From the NCBI GenBank assembly GCA_038087875.1, contig JAXLNO010000222.1, positions 1 to 44,685 of the forward strand: a stretch of DNA of 44,685 bases, written 5' to 3'. Below are positions 22,589-33,903 of this stretch, one piece after another (the stretch's first letter is position 1; every line of letters starts with the position of its first letter). Position numbers and translations under genes: made by a program. The stretch is from Malacoraja senta. Lineage: Eukaryota. The notes beneath the pieces were generated by a model. It saw nothing but the letters and a program-made list of their open reading frames with translations, was not told the DNA's origin and did no database searches.

Positions 22589-24470
22589 GTGTAGGAAGGA
22601 ACTGCAGATGCTGGCTTACACCGAAGATACACACAAAATATTGGAGCAACTCAGCAGGTCAGCCAGCATTTCTGGAGAAAAGGAATAGGTGACATTTCAG
22701 GTCGAGACCGTTCTTTGGACTGAGAGTCAGGTGAGTGGAAAAGTAGAGGTATAGAAACATAGACATAGAAACATAGAAATAGGTGCAGGAGTAGGCCATT
22801 CAGCCCTTCGAGCCTGCAAAACCATTCAATATGATCATGGCTGATCATCCAACTCAGTATCCTGTACCTGCTTTCTCTCTATACCCCCTGATCCCTTTAG
22901 CCACAAGGGCCACATCTAACTCCCTCTTAAATATAGCCAATGAACTGGCCTCAACTACATTCTGTGGTAGAGAATTCCAGAGATTCACCACTCTCTGTGT
23001 AAAAAATGTTTTTCTCATCTCAGTCTTAAAAGATTTCTCCTTTATCCTTAAACTGTGACCCCTTGTTCTGGACTTCCCCAACATTGGGAACAATCTTCCT
23101 GCATCTAGCCTGTCCAACTCCTCAAGAATTTTGTAAGTTTCTATAAGATCCCCCCTCAATCTTCTAAATTCTAGCGAGTACAAGCCGAGTCTATCCAGTC
23201 TTTCTTCATATGAAAGTCCTGTCATCCCAGGAATCAGTCTGGTGAACCTTCTCTGTACTCCCTCTATGGCAAGAATGTCCTTCCTCAGATTAGGGGACCA
23301 AAACTGTACGCAATACTCCAGGTGTGGTCTCACCAAGACCCTGTACAACTGCAATAGAACCTCCCTGCTCCTATACTCAAATCCTTTTGCTATGAATGCT
23401 AACATACCATTCGCTTTCTTCACTGCCTGCTGCACCTGCATGCCTACTTTCAATGACGGGTGTACCATGACACCCAGGTCTCATTGCATCTCCCCTTTTC
23501 CTAATCAGCCACCATTCAGGTAATAGTCTACTTTCCTGTTTTTGCTGGGCCTTGCGGTACCCCACTAGTCACTGCCTGCCATTCTGAAAAGGACCCGTTA
23601 ACTCCTACTCTTTGCTTCCTGTCTGCCAGCCAGTTCTCTCTCCACATCAATACTGAACCCCCAATACCGTGTGCTTTAAGTTTGTATACTAATCTCTATG
23701 TGGGACCTTGTCGAAAGCCTTCTGAAAGTACAGATATAACACATCCACTGGTTCTCCCTTATCCACGCTACTAGTTACATCCTCGAAAAATTCTATAAGA
23801 TTCATCAGACATGATTTACCTTTCATAAATCCATGCTGACTTTGTCCAATGATTTCACCATTTTCCAAATGTGCTGCTATCCCATCTTTAATAACTGACT
23901 AGCAGTTTCCCCACTACCGATGTTAGACTAACTGGTCTGTAATTCCCCGTTTTCTCTCTTTCTCTCCCTTTTTAAAAAGTGGGGTTACATTAGCTACCCT
24001 CCAATCCTCAGGAACTACTCCAGAATCTAAAGAGTTTTGAAAAATTATCACTAATGCATCCACTATTTCTGGGGCTACTTCCTTAAGTACTCTGGGATGC
24101 AGCCTATCTGGCCCTGGGGATTTATCGGCCTTTAATCCATTCAATTTACCTAGCACCACTTCCCGGCTAACCTGGATTTCACTCAGTTCCTCCATCTCAT
24201 TTGACCCCCGGACCCCTGCTATTTCCGGCAGATTAATTAAGTCTTCCTTAGTGAAGACAGAACCAAAGTAGTTATTCAATTGGTCTGCCATGTCTTTGTT
24301 CCCCATGATCAATTCACCTGTTTCTGACTGCAAGGTACAACACAAATCAGAGCCGGCTCTAATTCATTTTGCACCTTTGCTTACTTTTAGTTTCCCTCTC
24401 CCCTGACTCTCAGCCTGAAGAAAGATCTGAACCCAAAATGTCTCCTATCCCTTTTCTCCAGAAATGCTGC
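22589..24470. mobile_element. Palindromic Penelope-terminus-derived short element, split by a CR1
   Basis: Arms ~22589-22745 and ~24385-24470 are inverted copies of the sequence that ends the Penelope at 40330-40459. Flanked by ACTAATT(A/C)TTTT at 22577-22588 and 24471-24482. Confidence 0.75.
22752..24332 (-). mobile_element. CR1 copy C, 5'-truncated, internal deletion near 23545
   Basis: Matches ORF2/3' UTR of copy B; AGGTA at both junctions (22747-22751 and 24333-24337); lacks the segment equivalent to ~16017-16236 that contains FADD. Confidence 0.9.
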
Positions 24471-24660
24471 ACTAATTCTTTTAATCTGTTTTTCTTAGCA
24501 TAGTGGCTGAAGGTTTTATTGACACACAAAGTTAAAAAGAAAGCCTAGACTTTTAGCGGCATGGTTGTCATCAAGTAGACAGAGAATTGAATTTCGACAT
24601 TTCCCCAGCCATATCCAGAACAGAAGCTCTAAAGATAACTGTGTAGAGAAAAGTAAATCA

Positions 24661-24817
24661 TTGTGGCTAAAGGGATCAGGGGGTATGGAGAGAAGGCAGG
24701 TACGGGATACTGAGTTGGATGATCAGCCATGATCGTATTGAATGGCGGTGCAGGCTCGAAGGGCCGAATGGCCTACTCCTGCACCTATTTTCTATGTATC
24801 TATGTATCTATGTATCT
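24661..24817 (+). mobile_element. CR1 3'-end fragment
   Basis: VAKGIRGYGEKAGTGY*, 3' UTR and (TATCTATG)n tail. Confidence 0.88.
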
Positions 24818-25036
24818 TTATATGTAGAAAACAACACTTTGGATGTTCAGTCCAGGGTGATTTCAATCATATTTTTGGTTTTAACCTTCTCACCACAGCA
24901 GATATGTGGTGAAATTTTGCTGTCGTAATTGTGGTAAGTGTGCACTGCAATTGCGTGCAAAATCACATATCATTTGCCGGAATCTGCACGACTGGATGCA
25001 TACCCAATCAGGAAATTGCCATCTGACATTCTTTTA

Positions 25037-25190
25037 AACAATAGACAATAGGTGCAGGAGTAGGCCATTCAGCCCTTTGAGCCAGCACCTCCAATCACTG
25101 TGATCATGGCTGATCATCCACAATCAGTACCCTGTTCCTGCCTTCTCCCCATATCCCTTGACTCCGCTATCTTTAAGAGTTCTATCTAAC
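25037..25190 (-). mobile_element. CR1 3'-end fragment, (CTATTGT)n-tail subfamily
   Basis: Reverse complement of the CR1 3' UTR with an ACAATAG repeat tail. Confidence 0.8.
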
Positions 25191-25309
25191 CACTAGCTTC
25201 CTAAAAATCTTGCCATCTGCTCATAATTCAATTGCTCTCAGCAGAATCGAGTTACTCATTAGACATATTTCCTCATTGCAGATAAAGTTTGCAAGCTAAA
25301 TTTGAGGCT

Positions 25310-25610
25310 AGGGGTGACACCGTGTTGCTGCAGTAGAGTTGTTGCCTTACAGCGCCAGAGACCCATGTTTAATCCTGACGGTGGGTGCTGTCTGTATGGA
25401 GTTTGTACGTTCTTCCCATGACCGTGTGGGTTTTCTCCAGGTGCTTCAGTTTCCTCCCATACTCCAAGGACATAGAGGTTTGTAGGTTAATTGGCTTCAG
25501 TAAAAATTGTAAATTGTCCCTAGATAGTGCTAACTGGATCACTGGTCGGTGTAGACTCGGTGGGTCAAAGGGCCTGCCTCCTAGCGGTATCACTAAACTA
25601 TATTAAGCTA
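25310..25610 (+). mobile_element. tRNA-derived V-SINE (HE1-like)
   Basis: tRNA-like head, conserved V-domain GCTGTCTGTATGGAGTTTG...GGGTTTTCTCCAGGTGC...TTTCCTCCCA, and CTAAA-type tail. Confidence 0.82.
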
Positions 25611-25891
25611 GACATTCCTGTGTATGTACCTTAAACAATGTGATAAGTTTAATGACTACCACATAATCTTTGATATTTAAAATTAGGACTTTAATGTTGC
25701 CAATGTTAAAATGAATTATTTTTATCCTCAATTCTAGTTTCAAAGTAAATAAAATAGTTATTCCACAATGCATTTAAAAAAAAGAATTCTTAACCTTAAA
25801 TCACAATTCCATTGTACAGAGAGTTTGTAAACATTTTCAGTTTATGGACAAAACTAAAGCATAAAGGTTTGGACTATTGAAGGCTTTATAA

Positions 25892-26473
25892 AGGGCCTGT
25901 CCCACTTGGACGACCTAATCCACGGGTTTAGACCCTGGACGAGTTGAAAAAAATGTCAAGGTCGTGTTGACTCGCCGAAGTAAAAGTCCTCCTACGACTA
26001 TGTCTACGACCTCCTACGACTATGTCTACGACCTCCTACGACCCCCTCGACCTCAGTCTTCCACACCTAAGACCAACTACGACGCTACCAGTGGAAAATG
26101 ATCACCTGATAAAATGATGTCATGTTTGCATTTTTTCTCTCGGGCCAGTTACCGACGTACGACTACCCACAACTATCTACGACTACCATCACGACCTACT
26201 ACGACCTACCTACGACCTACCTATGAGTAAAAAGTATCAATTTTTTCCATGCCGACCTTTTTTTTACTCGTGGACATTTTATTATCAGGCTGGAAAAAAC
26301 GTTGCGACCTACTTGAGGCCACGAGTAGGCGGAGACCACTCACGAGCGTGAGGAACAGTTACGAAGACCTCTTATGACCTCCTACGACCTCGTGGCGACC
26401 ATGCTGCGAGTATGAGTCAAGGGCAAACTCAGCAGAGGTCGCCAATTAGGTTGTGAAAGTGGGACAGAGGCTT
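25892..26473. mobile_element. Non-autonomous DNA transposon/MITE, PIF/Harbinger-like
   Basis: TIR AGGGCCTGTCCCACTT...AAGTGGGACAG(A)GGCTT, flanked by TAA at 25889-25891 and 26474-26476; internal CTACGAC repeats. Confidence 0.78.
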
Positions 26474-26518
26474 TAAAGAAACTTTTCAAGTGATAAATAA
26501 TTAGGAAAATAAACTTAC

Positions 26519-26607
26519 TTTTGCTTTACTAGTTTCTCCAGTTCTTGGAGTTGTTCCTTTAAAGCAGGAATCATTCGCGAATCATCAGACACAGATACAT
26601 AGAACTC
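26519..26607 (-). CDS. RAPGEF4: RAPGEF4 coding exon ([29 protein letters not shown]), last exon seen in window
   Basis: AG/GT boundaries, 89 bp, phase 0 to 2; matches the Epac2 REM C-terminal region as recalled. Confidence 0.92.
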
Positions 26608-27558
26608 CTGCAAAAATCTGAGAATTAATCATCTGTACACTCCAAATTGTCAAATCTATTTTGGTTATTTTCAGTTTTAATAAAATCACTGAATAGTGAA
26701 AAGAGATCTTATTCCATGTTATTGACAGCAGAGGTTGGTTTATTTCAGAATCATTGTTTGTATCATTTGTATTAATTTGATTTTTATGGAAAGATTATTG
26801 CATTTTTGGCGAAACAGTACCTTGCGGTTAAAGTCAAAAAATTTTATCCCCTCAAAAATGTTTTATTGTAACTATGTTTCACTTCAAGCAGATAAAAAAT
26901 TTAAATTCAAAGAATGTCACTTCCAGTTACTCCTTTAAACTACAACCTAATTCAAAATGATAGATGTATACAGTAGGCCTGTATATTCTCTGTATTGTGA
27001 AAGAAAAATAATGATGCTCAAATGTTAACAGAATGAAAACTTTAAAAATTCTGTCCTCATTTTCACTTGCATACTAGCTATTTCATTCCCTGCATTAGCA
27101 ATCACTTTATAAAATTATGACAGAATATTACTTCTCATTTATCACATAGTTCAGCCAATTGTTGTCCGATATTACTCTATACCCTAACAAGTCATTAAAC
27201 ATAATCACACAAAGAACATTCATTGGATGTGCTCCAAAATGCGAAGTCTTGAAATACAGTCCAGACTTCATGTTTTCTTGATTCATTAATAGACAATTCT
27301 GTCTCTACAACATAGCTTTTATAAACTTAGTTAATGAGCATGTGATCTGTGAAACAAACCTGTTCTACAGATGACACTTGTGCACCATCTAGTGTTTAAC
27401 TGGGTAGTTCTTGTTGAACTGCGTTCATTCCCTACAATTATTTTTAAAATATCCATGCCTACCTTTTCACACTCACTAAACAAAACAGACATACAAGCAG
27501 CATCTATAAAAGCATGCAAAGCAAATGCAAGTGAAACAATATTTACAGTTTCAATACA

Positions 27559-27643
27559 AGGGTCCCAAATGAAACGTCACCTATCCAAGTTCTCCAGGGA
27601 TGCTGCCTGACCCGCTGAGTTACTCCAGCAATTTGTGTTCTTC
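27559..27643 (+). mobile_element. Penelope-terminus-derived fragment
   Basis: GAAACGTCACCTATCC...GATGCTGCCTGACCCGCTGAGTTACTCCAGCA, as at 29739 and 40330. Confidence 0.72.
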
Positions 27644-28239
27644 AATATACTAAAGTTTACTATTGACTTAATTACTATTGGCTAGTCCATTACCATGATG
27701 GCGATTTCACATTCACTTCACTATTTATAGAACCCAAAGTTTATATGAGTTGGATTATAAAAAAAACAAAATTTACAAAATTAAAATAAGTTTTGTTCAT
27801 GTTTGGCGTCAGGCAGAAGGATGGTCATGATATCAATTGTTTAGAAACAGCGATATTGCCAATTGCCTTTTCTAATAAAGAAAAGAATAAAGTGGTTCCC
27901 AGGGAATGAAAAGTTCAAAGACAAACCAAAAAGGGCAAATTATTCCACCAAAGTATAAAATGCATTTATAGAAGATTATAGAAAGAGCATTTTATATTCC
28001 TTGCTTGGAATCATATGTAGTAGCTGCCATATCTGTAATAGTATTGTATCTAATGTAAATTTCAAGGTGCAAGAGATGATGTTTTCAAAACAATTACCAA
28101 GAAGAAAGCCTGAATTAGGAACAAAAATGCTCAATGCAGTATTGACGGCCTTGCATTGCATTTGTGACCCTAACCATCTTTTGCCTGGCATATAGTTTCT
28201 CTGCTCACTCCATCTGATTTTGCATCAGGAGGCTGCCAA

Positions 28240-28555
28240 AGTTCATTGTTCATTGTTACGTATACTGAGGTACAGTGAAAAACTTTTGTTGTGTGTTAAC
28301 CAGTCAGTGGAAAGAATATACATGATTCCAATCGAGCCATCCACAGGGAATAACGTTTAGTGCAAGATAAAGTCCAATTAAAGATCAGGACCACTCTCTA
28401 GCTGTTGATAGGACGATTCAGTTGCCAGATTACAGCTGGGAAGAAATTGTCCATGAATCTAGAGGTGTGCGTTTTCATACTTCTGTACCACTTCCCTGAT
28501 GGGAGAGGGAAGAAGAGGGAGTGACTGGGGCGAGACTCATCCTTGATTATGCTGA
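28240..28555 (-). mobile_element. Non-LTR retrotransposon 3' fragment (Rex1/Babar-like)
   Basis: Minus strand encodes an LPSGKWYRSMKTHTSRFMDNFFP-type C-terminal motif, related to the one at 31775-31880. Boundaries are approximate. Confidence 0.55.
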
Positions 28556-28650
28556 AAATGTTGATTGCAGATTATGTTGAAAAGGGGATACCTAACTGCT
28601 TGTTTTACCTGCATACTAATCTTTTGCGAATCATGTACTAGGATATTTAT

Positions 28651-28868
28651 GGGCCTGTCCCACTTTAGGCAACTGCAGGAGACTATGCAGTCGCCACATG
28701 TTCGCGGGTGGTTGCCGGGGAGTCGCCTTCATGGTCGTGAGGAGTTCCCGCATTCTGGGAACTAGTTGAGGCCTCATTATGGTCGCCGTGACTTTTGATG
28801 TTGAAAAATTAGCGGCGACTAGAATGAAGCCGCCATGGAGAGTAGCGAGAATTCTCGAGCCGTAGGTG
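28651..28868. mobile_element. One-ended fragment of a Harbinger-like MITE
   Basis: Starts with GGGCCTGTCCCACTT, the same TIR as at 25892; no second TIR seen. Confidence 0.65.
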
Positions 28869-28914
28869 CAAAATAATGGCAAAACAATTTTGAAATTCCT
28901 AATGTGTTTTATTT

Positions 28915-29068
28915 ACTTTAGAGAAACAGCATGGAACAGGCCCTTCGGCCTACCAAGTCCATGTGAACCATTGATCACCTCCACACAAATAGCACCTGAG
29001 GTGAGGATTGAACCAGGGTCTCTGGCACTGCGAGGCAGCAGCTCTATCAGCTGTGCCACTGTGCCATC
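28915..29068 (-). mobile_element. Internally deleted V-SINE
   Basis: tRNA-like head on the minus strand (GGCACAGTGGCACAGCTGATAGAGCTGCTGCCTC...GGTTCAATCC) joined to a SINE tail. Confidence 0.7.
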
Positions 29069-29164
29069 CTGAATAATGTGAATAAATGTTATCAGAAAAT
29101 ATTATATATCCATTTCAGCAATTGAACGCTATGATAAACACTATATTTTGGCTGCATCACTCAC

Positions 29165-29315
29165 TTCTAGAAATGCTACAGCAGTTTCTTCTTCTTGTAA
29201 TAATTCTGCATATACATTTGTCCAGTGCAGGACAAGACGGATGACACGTCTCTTGTTATTGAGAGCATAGTCCATTTTCTCCTGCTCTGTGCCCTGCGAT
29301 GCTTCTGAATGGTAG
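29165..29315 (-). CDS. RAPGEF4: RAPGEF4 coding exon ([31 protein letters not shown]...AFLE), REM domain
   Basis: 151 bp with AC acceptor (U12) and GT donor; strong match to Epac2. Confidence 0.94.
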
Positions 29316-30154
29316 GTACACATATGTTAAGGAAACTTATAACAAAATGTCTGTAAAACCAAAAGTTTCCCTCGTCAATTGCTTCTGTCTCCAATTCACA
29401 ATGTATCTAAACTTTCCTTTGTTATCATTGCCGTAACTCTAAAGGCTTTTCAAAGAATTGAATTCTGGATATTAGAAACAGAATTATATAATTACTTTTC
29501 TGTCCAAAATAAAAATAACAGCCATAGGGTAATGAGAGTACACGGATGAATAGGTAATCCTATTCAAAGATAATGCTCTGTATCGGTACAGCATCAAAGA
29601 ATCGTTTTTGATTGCCAGGCAAGATATCAAATTGCAATGCCCTATCAGATATACATTTAACTATCCCCAAGCTTTAACCAGTTCTGTGGAACAAAAACTA
29701 ATTTCAAGTTAGAATACAAGCTCAAGAGACTGGAGATCAGTCTGAAGAAGGGTCTCAACCCGAAACGTCGACCATTCCTTCTCTCCAGAGACGCTGCCTC
29801 ATCCGCTGAGTTACTCCAGCATTTTGTGTTTACCTTAGACTGGAGATCTACATTGTTCCAATGTGGAATGGGTTAATACTAGTTCCAACCTATTTTTGGC
29901 ACTACAATTATGCCGAGAGCTTGTATATAATTGTCAGAATCAAAAACTCATGCAGATATTTTGTGTACAGTGCTCACCTGTAATTCTCATTCTGTTTTGC
30001 AGATTTAATGTCGCAATCAGGCATTTGAGTAATAACCATTTTATCATCTATATATATAGTTCTCCAAAAGTACTCTCTGGAACAATTTGTATTATAATCC
30101 ATGTAGCAGTACCTGAAGAACTGTATACATTTATTACAAACAAAAAAAGGATAT
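29316..30154 (-). other. RAPGEF4: U12-type AT-AC intron of RAPGEF4 (839 bp)
   Basis: 5' site ATATCCTTT at 30154-30146; branch site TTCCTTAAC at 29334-29326; terminal AC at 29317-29316. The splice restores CA|C (His) and the reading frame. Confidence 0.95.
29739..29836 (+). mobile_element. 98-bp Penelope-terminus insertion with a minimal hammerhead motif
   Basis: Perfect 12-bp TSD AGACTGGAGATC at 29727-29738 and 29837-29848; CTGAAGA-A-GGGT(CTCA)ACCC-GAAAC-GTC at 29742-29769. Confidence 0.85.
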
Positions 30155-30233
30155 TGAGCCATGAGAGCTGAGAAAAGCTGACTGTGTTGCATAAAAGTGC
30201 AGTACATCAGAACAAAGTCATCAATGAATGGAT
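30155..30233 (-). CDS. RAPGEF4: RAPGEF4 coding exon (DPFIDDFVLMYCTFMQHSQLFSALMAH)
   Basis: 79 bp, AG acceptor and AT (U12) donor, phase 1 to 2. Confidence 0.92.
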
Positions 30234-30439
30234 CTGTTAAAATAACTGTAAACAAGAATTGTATCATTTCTACATTTGAACAAAAATATAGAATCATTTG
30301 TAGGCAAATATCATATTCACCCTGAAAATGTAAAAATGTATGAAATACAGTAAAAGTTTTTTTTTTTTAATTGCTGCAGTAATACTGGATTAGAGAAAAT
30401 TAATTTGCACCCAATGTTTGGGCATAAGAACAGGCAACT

Positions 30440-31610
30440 CTGTAATCAAAATTCAGACATGCTCTGCATTGTCTGTCCACATTTCCGCATGATACCTTGC
30501 CAATGGAAAACTAGATCAATCACATTCTGACAGTGTCCTCGGATATATCTGATCAGGCCTGGGAGAGTTAAATACCTTCATAAGCTTTAGGACATTCAGC
30601 ACTTCGACTATAATATGGACTGTCCTCAAGACATCTCCATTAACTGCCCCATCTCTTTTTCCACGGTAAAAAACAGGAGAAATACTCAGAGGACCTTGCG
30701 CATCACCAGAGGCTCCACACAGAGATGACTGGATTGGTTCCCTAGGGGCTATATTCTCTCTCTAGTTACCCTCTTTCCCTTAATGTACTTTAAAAAATCT
30801 CTTTGGATTTTCCTTAACTTTATTTGCCAGAGCCATCTCCTGCCCCATTTTTGCCTTCCTCATTTCCTTTTTAAGTATGCTCCTCAGTTCCAGAAAATCC
30901 TCCAGGGATACACTTGATCCCAGATGCCTATACCTGTCCCATGTTTCTTTCTTTTTCCTGACCAGAGCCTCAATTTCTCCCACCATCCAAGTTTCCTTAT
31001 TCCAACATGCCTTGCCATTCACATACCTTGCGCTCCTGTCATCACACTTTTAAAAGAGTCCCACTTTCCGGAAGTTACTTTGCCTGCAAATAGCCTACTC
31101 CAATCAACTTTAGCAAATTCCTGTCTAATACCATCAAAGTTGGCCTTGCCCCAATTCAGAATTTTAACTTGTGGGCCCACCCTTGTGGGCCTATTTTAAT
31201 CTTAATAGAACAGTCGTTGCCAGTCCCAAAAGGCTCATCCACGGACACTTCTGTTACCTGGCCTTCCCAATTTCCTTAGTGTAGATCAAGCTTTACTCTC
31301 TCTCCTGTTTGGGGCTTTACATATTGCCTGAGAAAGCTTTCCTGCACCTATTTGACCAATTCCTGATCGTTCCAATTTATATTGTAAAAGTTAAAATCCC
31401 TTACTATGACATTATTAGTTTTGCAGCAGCCTGCAGTCTCCTGGCATATTTGTTCTTCTAAGTCCCGTTGACTATTAGGGGACCTGTGTACACTCTCAGT
31501 AAGGTGATCATCCCCTTTTTATTTCTCAATTCCACCCATGCAGCCTCACTCAACGAACCATCAGTAATGTCATCTTGGCTACTGGTGTGACATTTCCCTT
31601 AATCAATAAA
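30440..31610 (-). mobile_element. Old CR1-clade LINE fragment (APE and linker region)
   Basis: ORF 30780-31022 (EMALANKVKENPKRFF) and degenerate APE motifs; boundaries are approximate. Confidence 0.7.
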
Positions 31611-31774
31611 GTGTTGAAAAGTTAATATATCTGGTTCTATTATGTTAAAACAATTTTAGTGAACTTAATTTATGTACAGAATGACATAAAAAGCAACATT
31701 TAAAAGTTTAATTTGTAAAGTTATAGAAATTTACATCGGTTCATTTTTTGCTCTTAACTACATCCTTAATTTAT

Positions 31775-31880
31775 GAGAGGTTCATTCAGTAGTTTGATAA
31801 CACCAGGGAAGAAGCTGTTCCTGGATCTGGTGGTACGTGCTTTCAAGCTTTTGTACCTTCTGCTCGACGAGAGAGGGGAG
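31775..31880 (-). mobile_element. Non-LTR 3' fragment (Rex1/Babar-like)
   Basis: SSRRYKSLKARTTRSRNSFFPGVIKLLN. Confidence 0.6.
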
Positions 31881-32039
31881 TTCACAGGAAACACATGTTG
31901 GCAGAAGTTTGCACAAGTAGCTCGGCCTGTTATACCCACACACAGAACTAATAACAAAACCATGTGAGAATGCCCAGAGGGCCAGATATGGGCCACAGGG
32001 TGGTACAGCTAATAAAGCTGCTGCCTCAGAAAACTGAGA

Positions 32040-32365
32040 GGTGATCTCAGGAAACAGAACAGGACAGGACAGATTAGATACAGGATGTTCCAGACTTCCG
32101 ATGAGTTCAGGGCTAGATGTCACAATCTACAGATAGATGGCAAGTCATTTGAGACTGAGATGAGGAGAGATTGGTGAACCTCCAGCATAGAAAGCAATTG
32201 AACTCAAATCATTGAGTGTATTTGAGGAGTCAGATATAGTTATTTGGGATCAACATGGGACAAAGCTGGAACACGCTGGAATGTGGATGATCAACTGTGA
32301 TCATATTGAGTGCAGGAACAATCTTAAAGGGTCAAATGGTCATTTCCTGCTCCTATTTTCTACGT
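32040..32365 (+). mobile_element. Highly decayed CR1 3' end
   Basis: Degenerate match to the CR1 C-terminus/3' UTR (GGATGATCA..TGATCATATTGA...CCTGCTCCTATTTTCTA). Confidence 0.65.
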
Positions 32366-32446
32366 TTGTATGACAGAACATCCAAGTTATGTGGCCAATC
32401 CTAGTGCTGCTCTTTTGTTTCGGAAATAAAAATACTTTCAACAGAT

Positions 32447-32755
32447 TGTCACAGTAGTGCAGCGGTAGAGTTGCTGCCTTACAGCGGCAGAAACCTGGAT
32501 TCAATCCTGACTGCGGCTGCTGTCTGTATGGAGTTTGTATGTTCTCCCCGTGACCTGCATGGGTTTTCTCCAGGTGCTCCAGTTTCCTTGCACACTCCAA
32601 AGATGTACAGGTTTGTAGGCTAATTGGCTTGGTAAAATTGTAAATTGTCCCTATTGTGTGTAGGATAGTGTTAGTATGTGGGAATTGCTGATCGGCGCGG
32701 ACTTGATGGCCGAAGGGCCTGTGTCTGCGCTGTATCTTTAAACTAAACTAAACAA
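32447..32755 (+). mobile_element. tRNA-derived V-SINE (HE1-like)
   Basis: A/B-box-like head (GTGCAGCGG...GGATTCAATCC), V-domain and (AAACT)n tail. Confidence 0.85.
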
Positions 32756-32906
32756 AAATATCTAAACCTCGATGCTAACATACAAAGTTTACAAAGTAAT
32801 TGAGGTATACGAAACACATCAGTTGGACCAAAGGAATCCATTACCTAAATTAAACTTCTGTAATTATGAACATAAAATGGACATAAATCAGAAATCCTGA
32901 CTAGAT

Positions 32907-33732
32907 GTGTAAGAAGGAACTGAAAGTAAGCATGCAGGTACAGCAGGCTGTGAAGAAAGCTAATGGCATGTTGGCCTTCATAACAAGAGGAATTGAGTAA
33001 AGGAGCAAAGAGTTCCTTCTACAGTTGTACAGGGCCCCAGTGAGACCACACCTGGAGTATTGTGTGCAGTTTTGGTCTCCAAATTTGAGGAAGGACTTTC
33101 TTGCTATTGAGGGAGTGCAGCTTAGGTTCACGAGGTTCACGCGGGACTGTCATATGTTGATAGAATGGAGCGGCTGGGCTTATATACTCTGGAATTTAGA
33201 AGGATGAGAGGGAATCTTATTGAAACACACAAGATTATTAAGGGATTGGACACGCTAGAGGCAGGAAACATGTTCCCGGTGTTGGGGGAAGTCCAGAACC
33301 AGGGCCACAGTTTAAGAATAAGGGCTAGGCCATTTAGAATAGAGATGAAGAAAAACTTTTTCACCCAGAGAGTTGTGAATCTGTGGAATTCTTTGCCTCA
33401 GGAGGCCAATTCTCTGGATGCTTTCAAGAGAGAGTTAGATAGAGCTCTTAAAGTCAGGGGATATGGTGAGAAGGCAGGAACGGAGTACTGATTGTGGATG
33501 ATCAGCATGATCATATTAAATGGCGGTGCTGGCTTGAGGGGCCGAATGGCATATTCCTGCACCTATTGTCTATTGTCTAACTGCAGATGCTGGTTTAAAC
33601 CGAAGATAGACACAAAAAGCTGGAGTAACTCAGCGGGGCAGGCAGCATCTCTGGAGAGAAGGAATGGGTGACGTTTTGGGTCGAGACCCTTCTTCAGTCT
33701 GACGCTGCCTGTCCCGCTGAGTTATTCCAGCT
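32907..33732 (-). mobile_element. Penelope-terminus insertion with short inverted tail, split by a CR1
   Basis: 14-bp TSD AATCCTGACTAGAT at 32893-32906 and 33733-33746; 33701-33731 is an inverted copy of ~33619-33650. Confidence 0.82.
32923..33578 (+). mobile_element. CR1 3' fragment, (CTATTGT)n-tail subfamily
   Basis: VRPHLEYCVQFWSP, FFTQRVVNLWNSLP; AACTG at both junctions (32918-32922 and 33579-33583). Confidence 0.88.
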
Positions 33733-33814
33733 AATCCTGACTAGATCTTTGATTAAGATGATATAGAAACACAGTAACTTGTTAACTGAAAGATGAATTT
33801 GTTAACGACTAAAC

Positions 33815-33903
33815 CTGTTGTTCCATTGGCAGGCAAATCCAAGCGTATAGTTTCCAGAAAGTGTTCTAATATTTTTTCAGGAGTGCCTGACTTCACAGTG
33901 TAT
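33815..33903 (-). CDS. RAPGEF4: RAPGEF4 coding exon ([29 protein letters not shown]), start of REM domain
   Basis: 89 bp, AG/GT, phase 2 to 1. Confidence 0.93.

Noticed and set aside
25310..25385. tRNA-like sequences (also near 32447, 44100 and 29068)
   Set aside because: These are SINE heads attached to SINE bodies or tails, not tRNA genes.
25990..26230. Short CTACGAC repeats, superficially array-like
   Set aside because: Irregular internal repeats of a MITE with no constant repeat-spacer structure; not CRISPR.
28209..28232. AG-flanked, GT-ended 24-nt minus-strand segment encoding PPDAKSDG that would be in frame between two RAPGEF4 exons
   Set aside because: Weak polypyrimidine tract and no counterpart at this position in Epac2 as I recall it; likely chance unless RNA-seq supports it.
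29974..30297. ORF-track ORFs overlapping RAPGEF4 exons (also 29141-29323 and 33753-33962)
   Set aside because: Exon reading frames running into intron sequence; replaced by the spliced exon calls.
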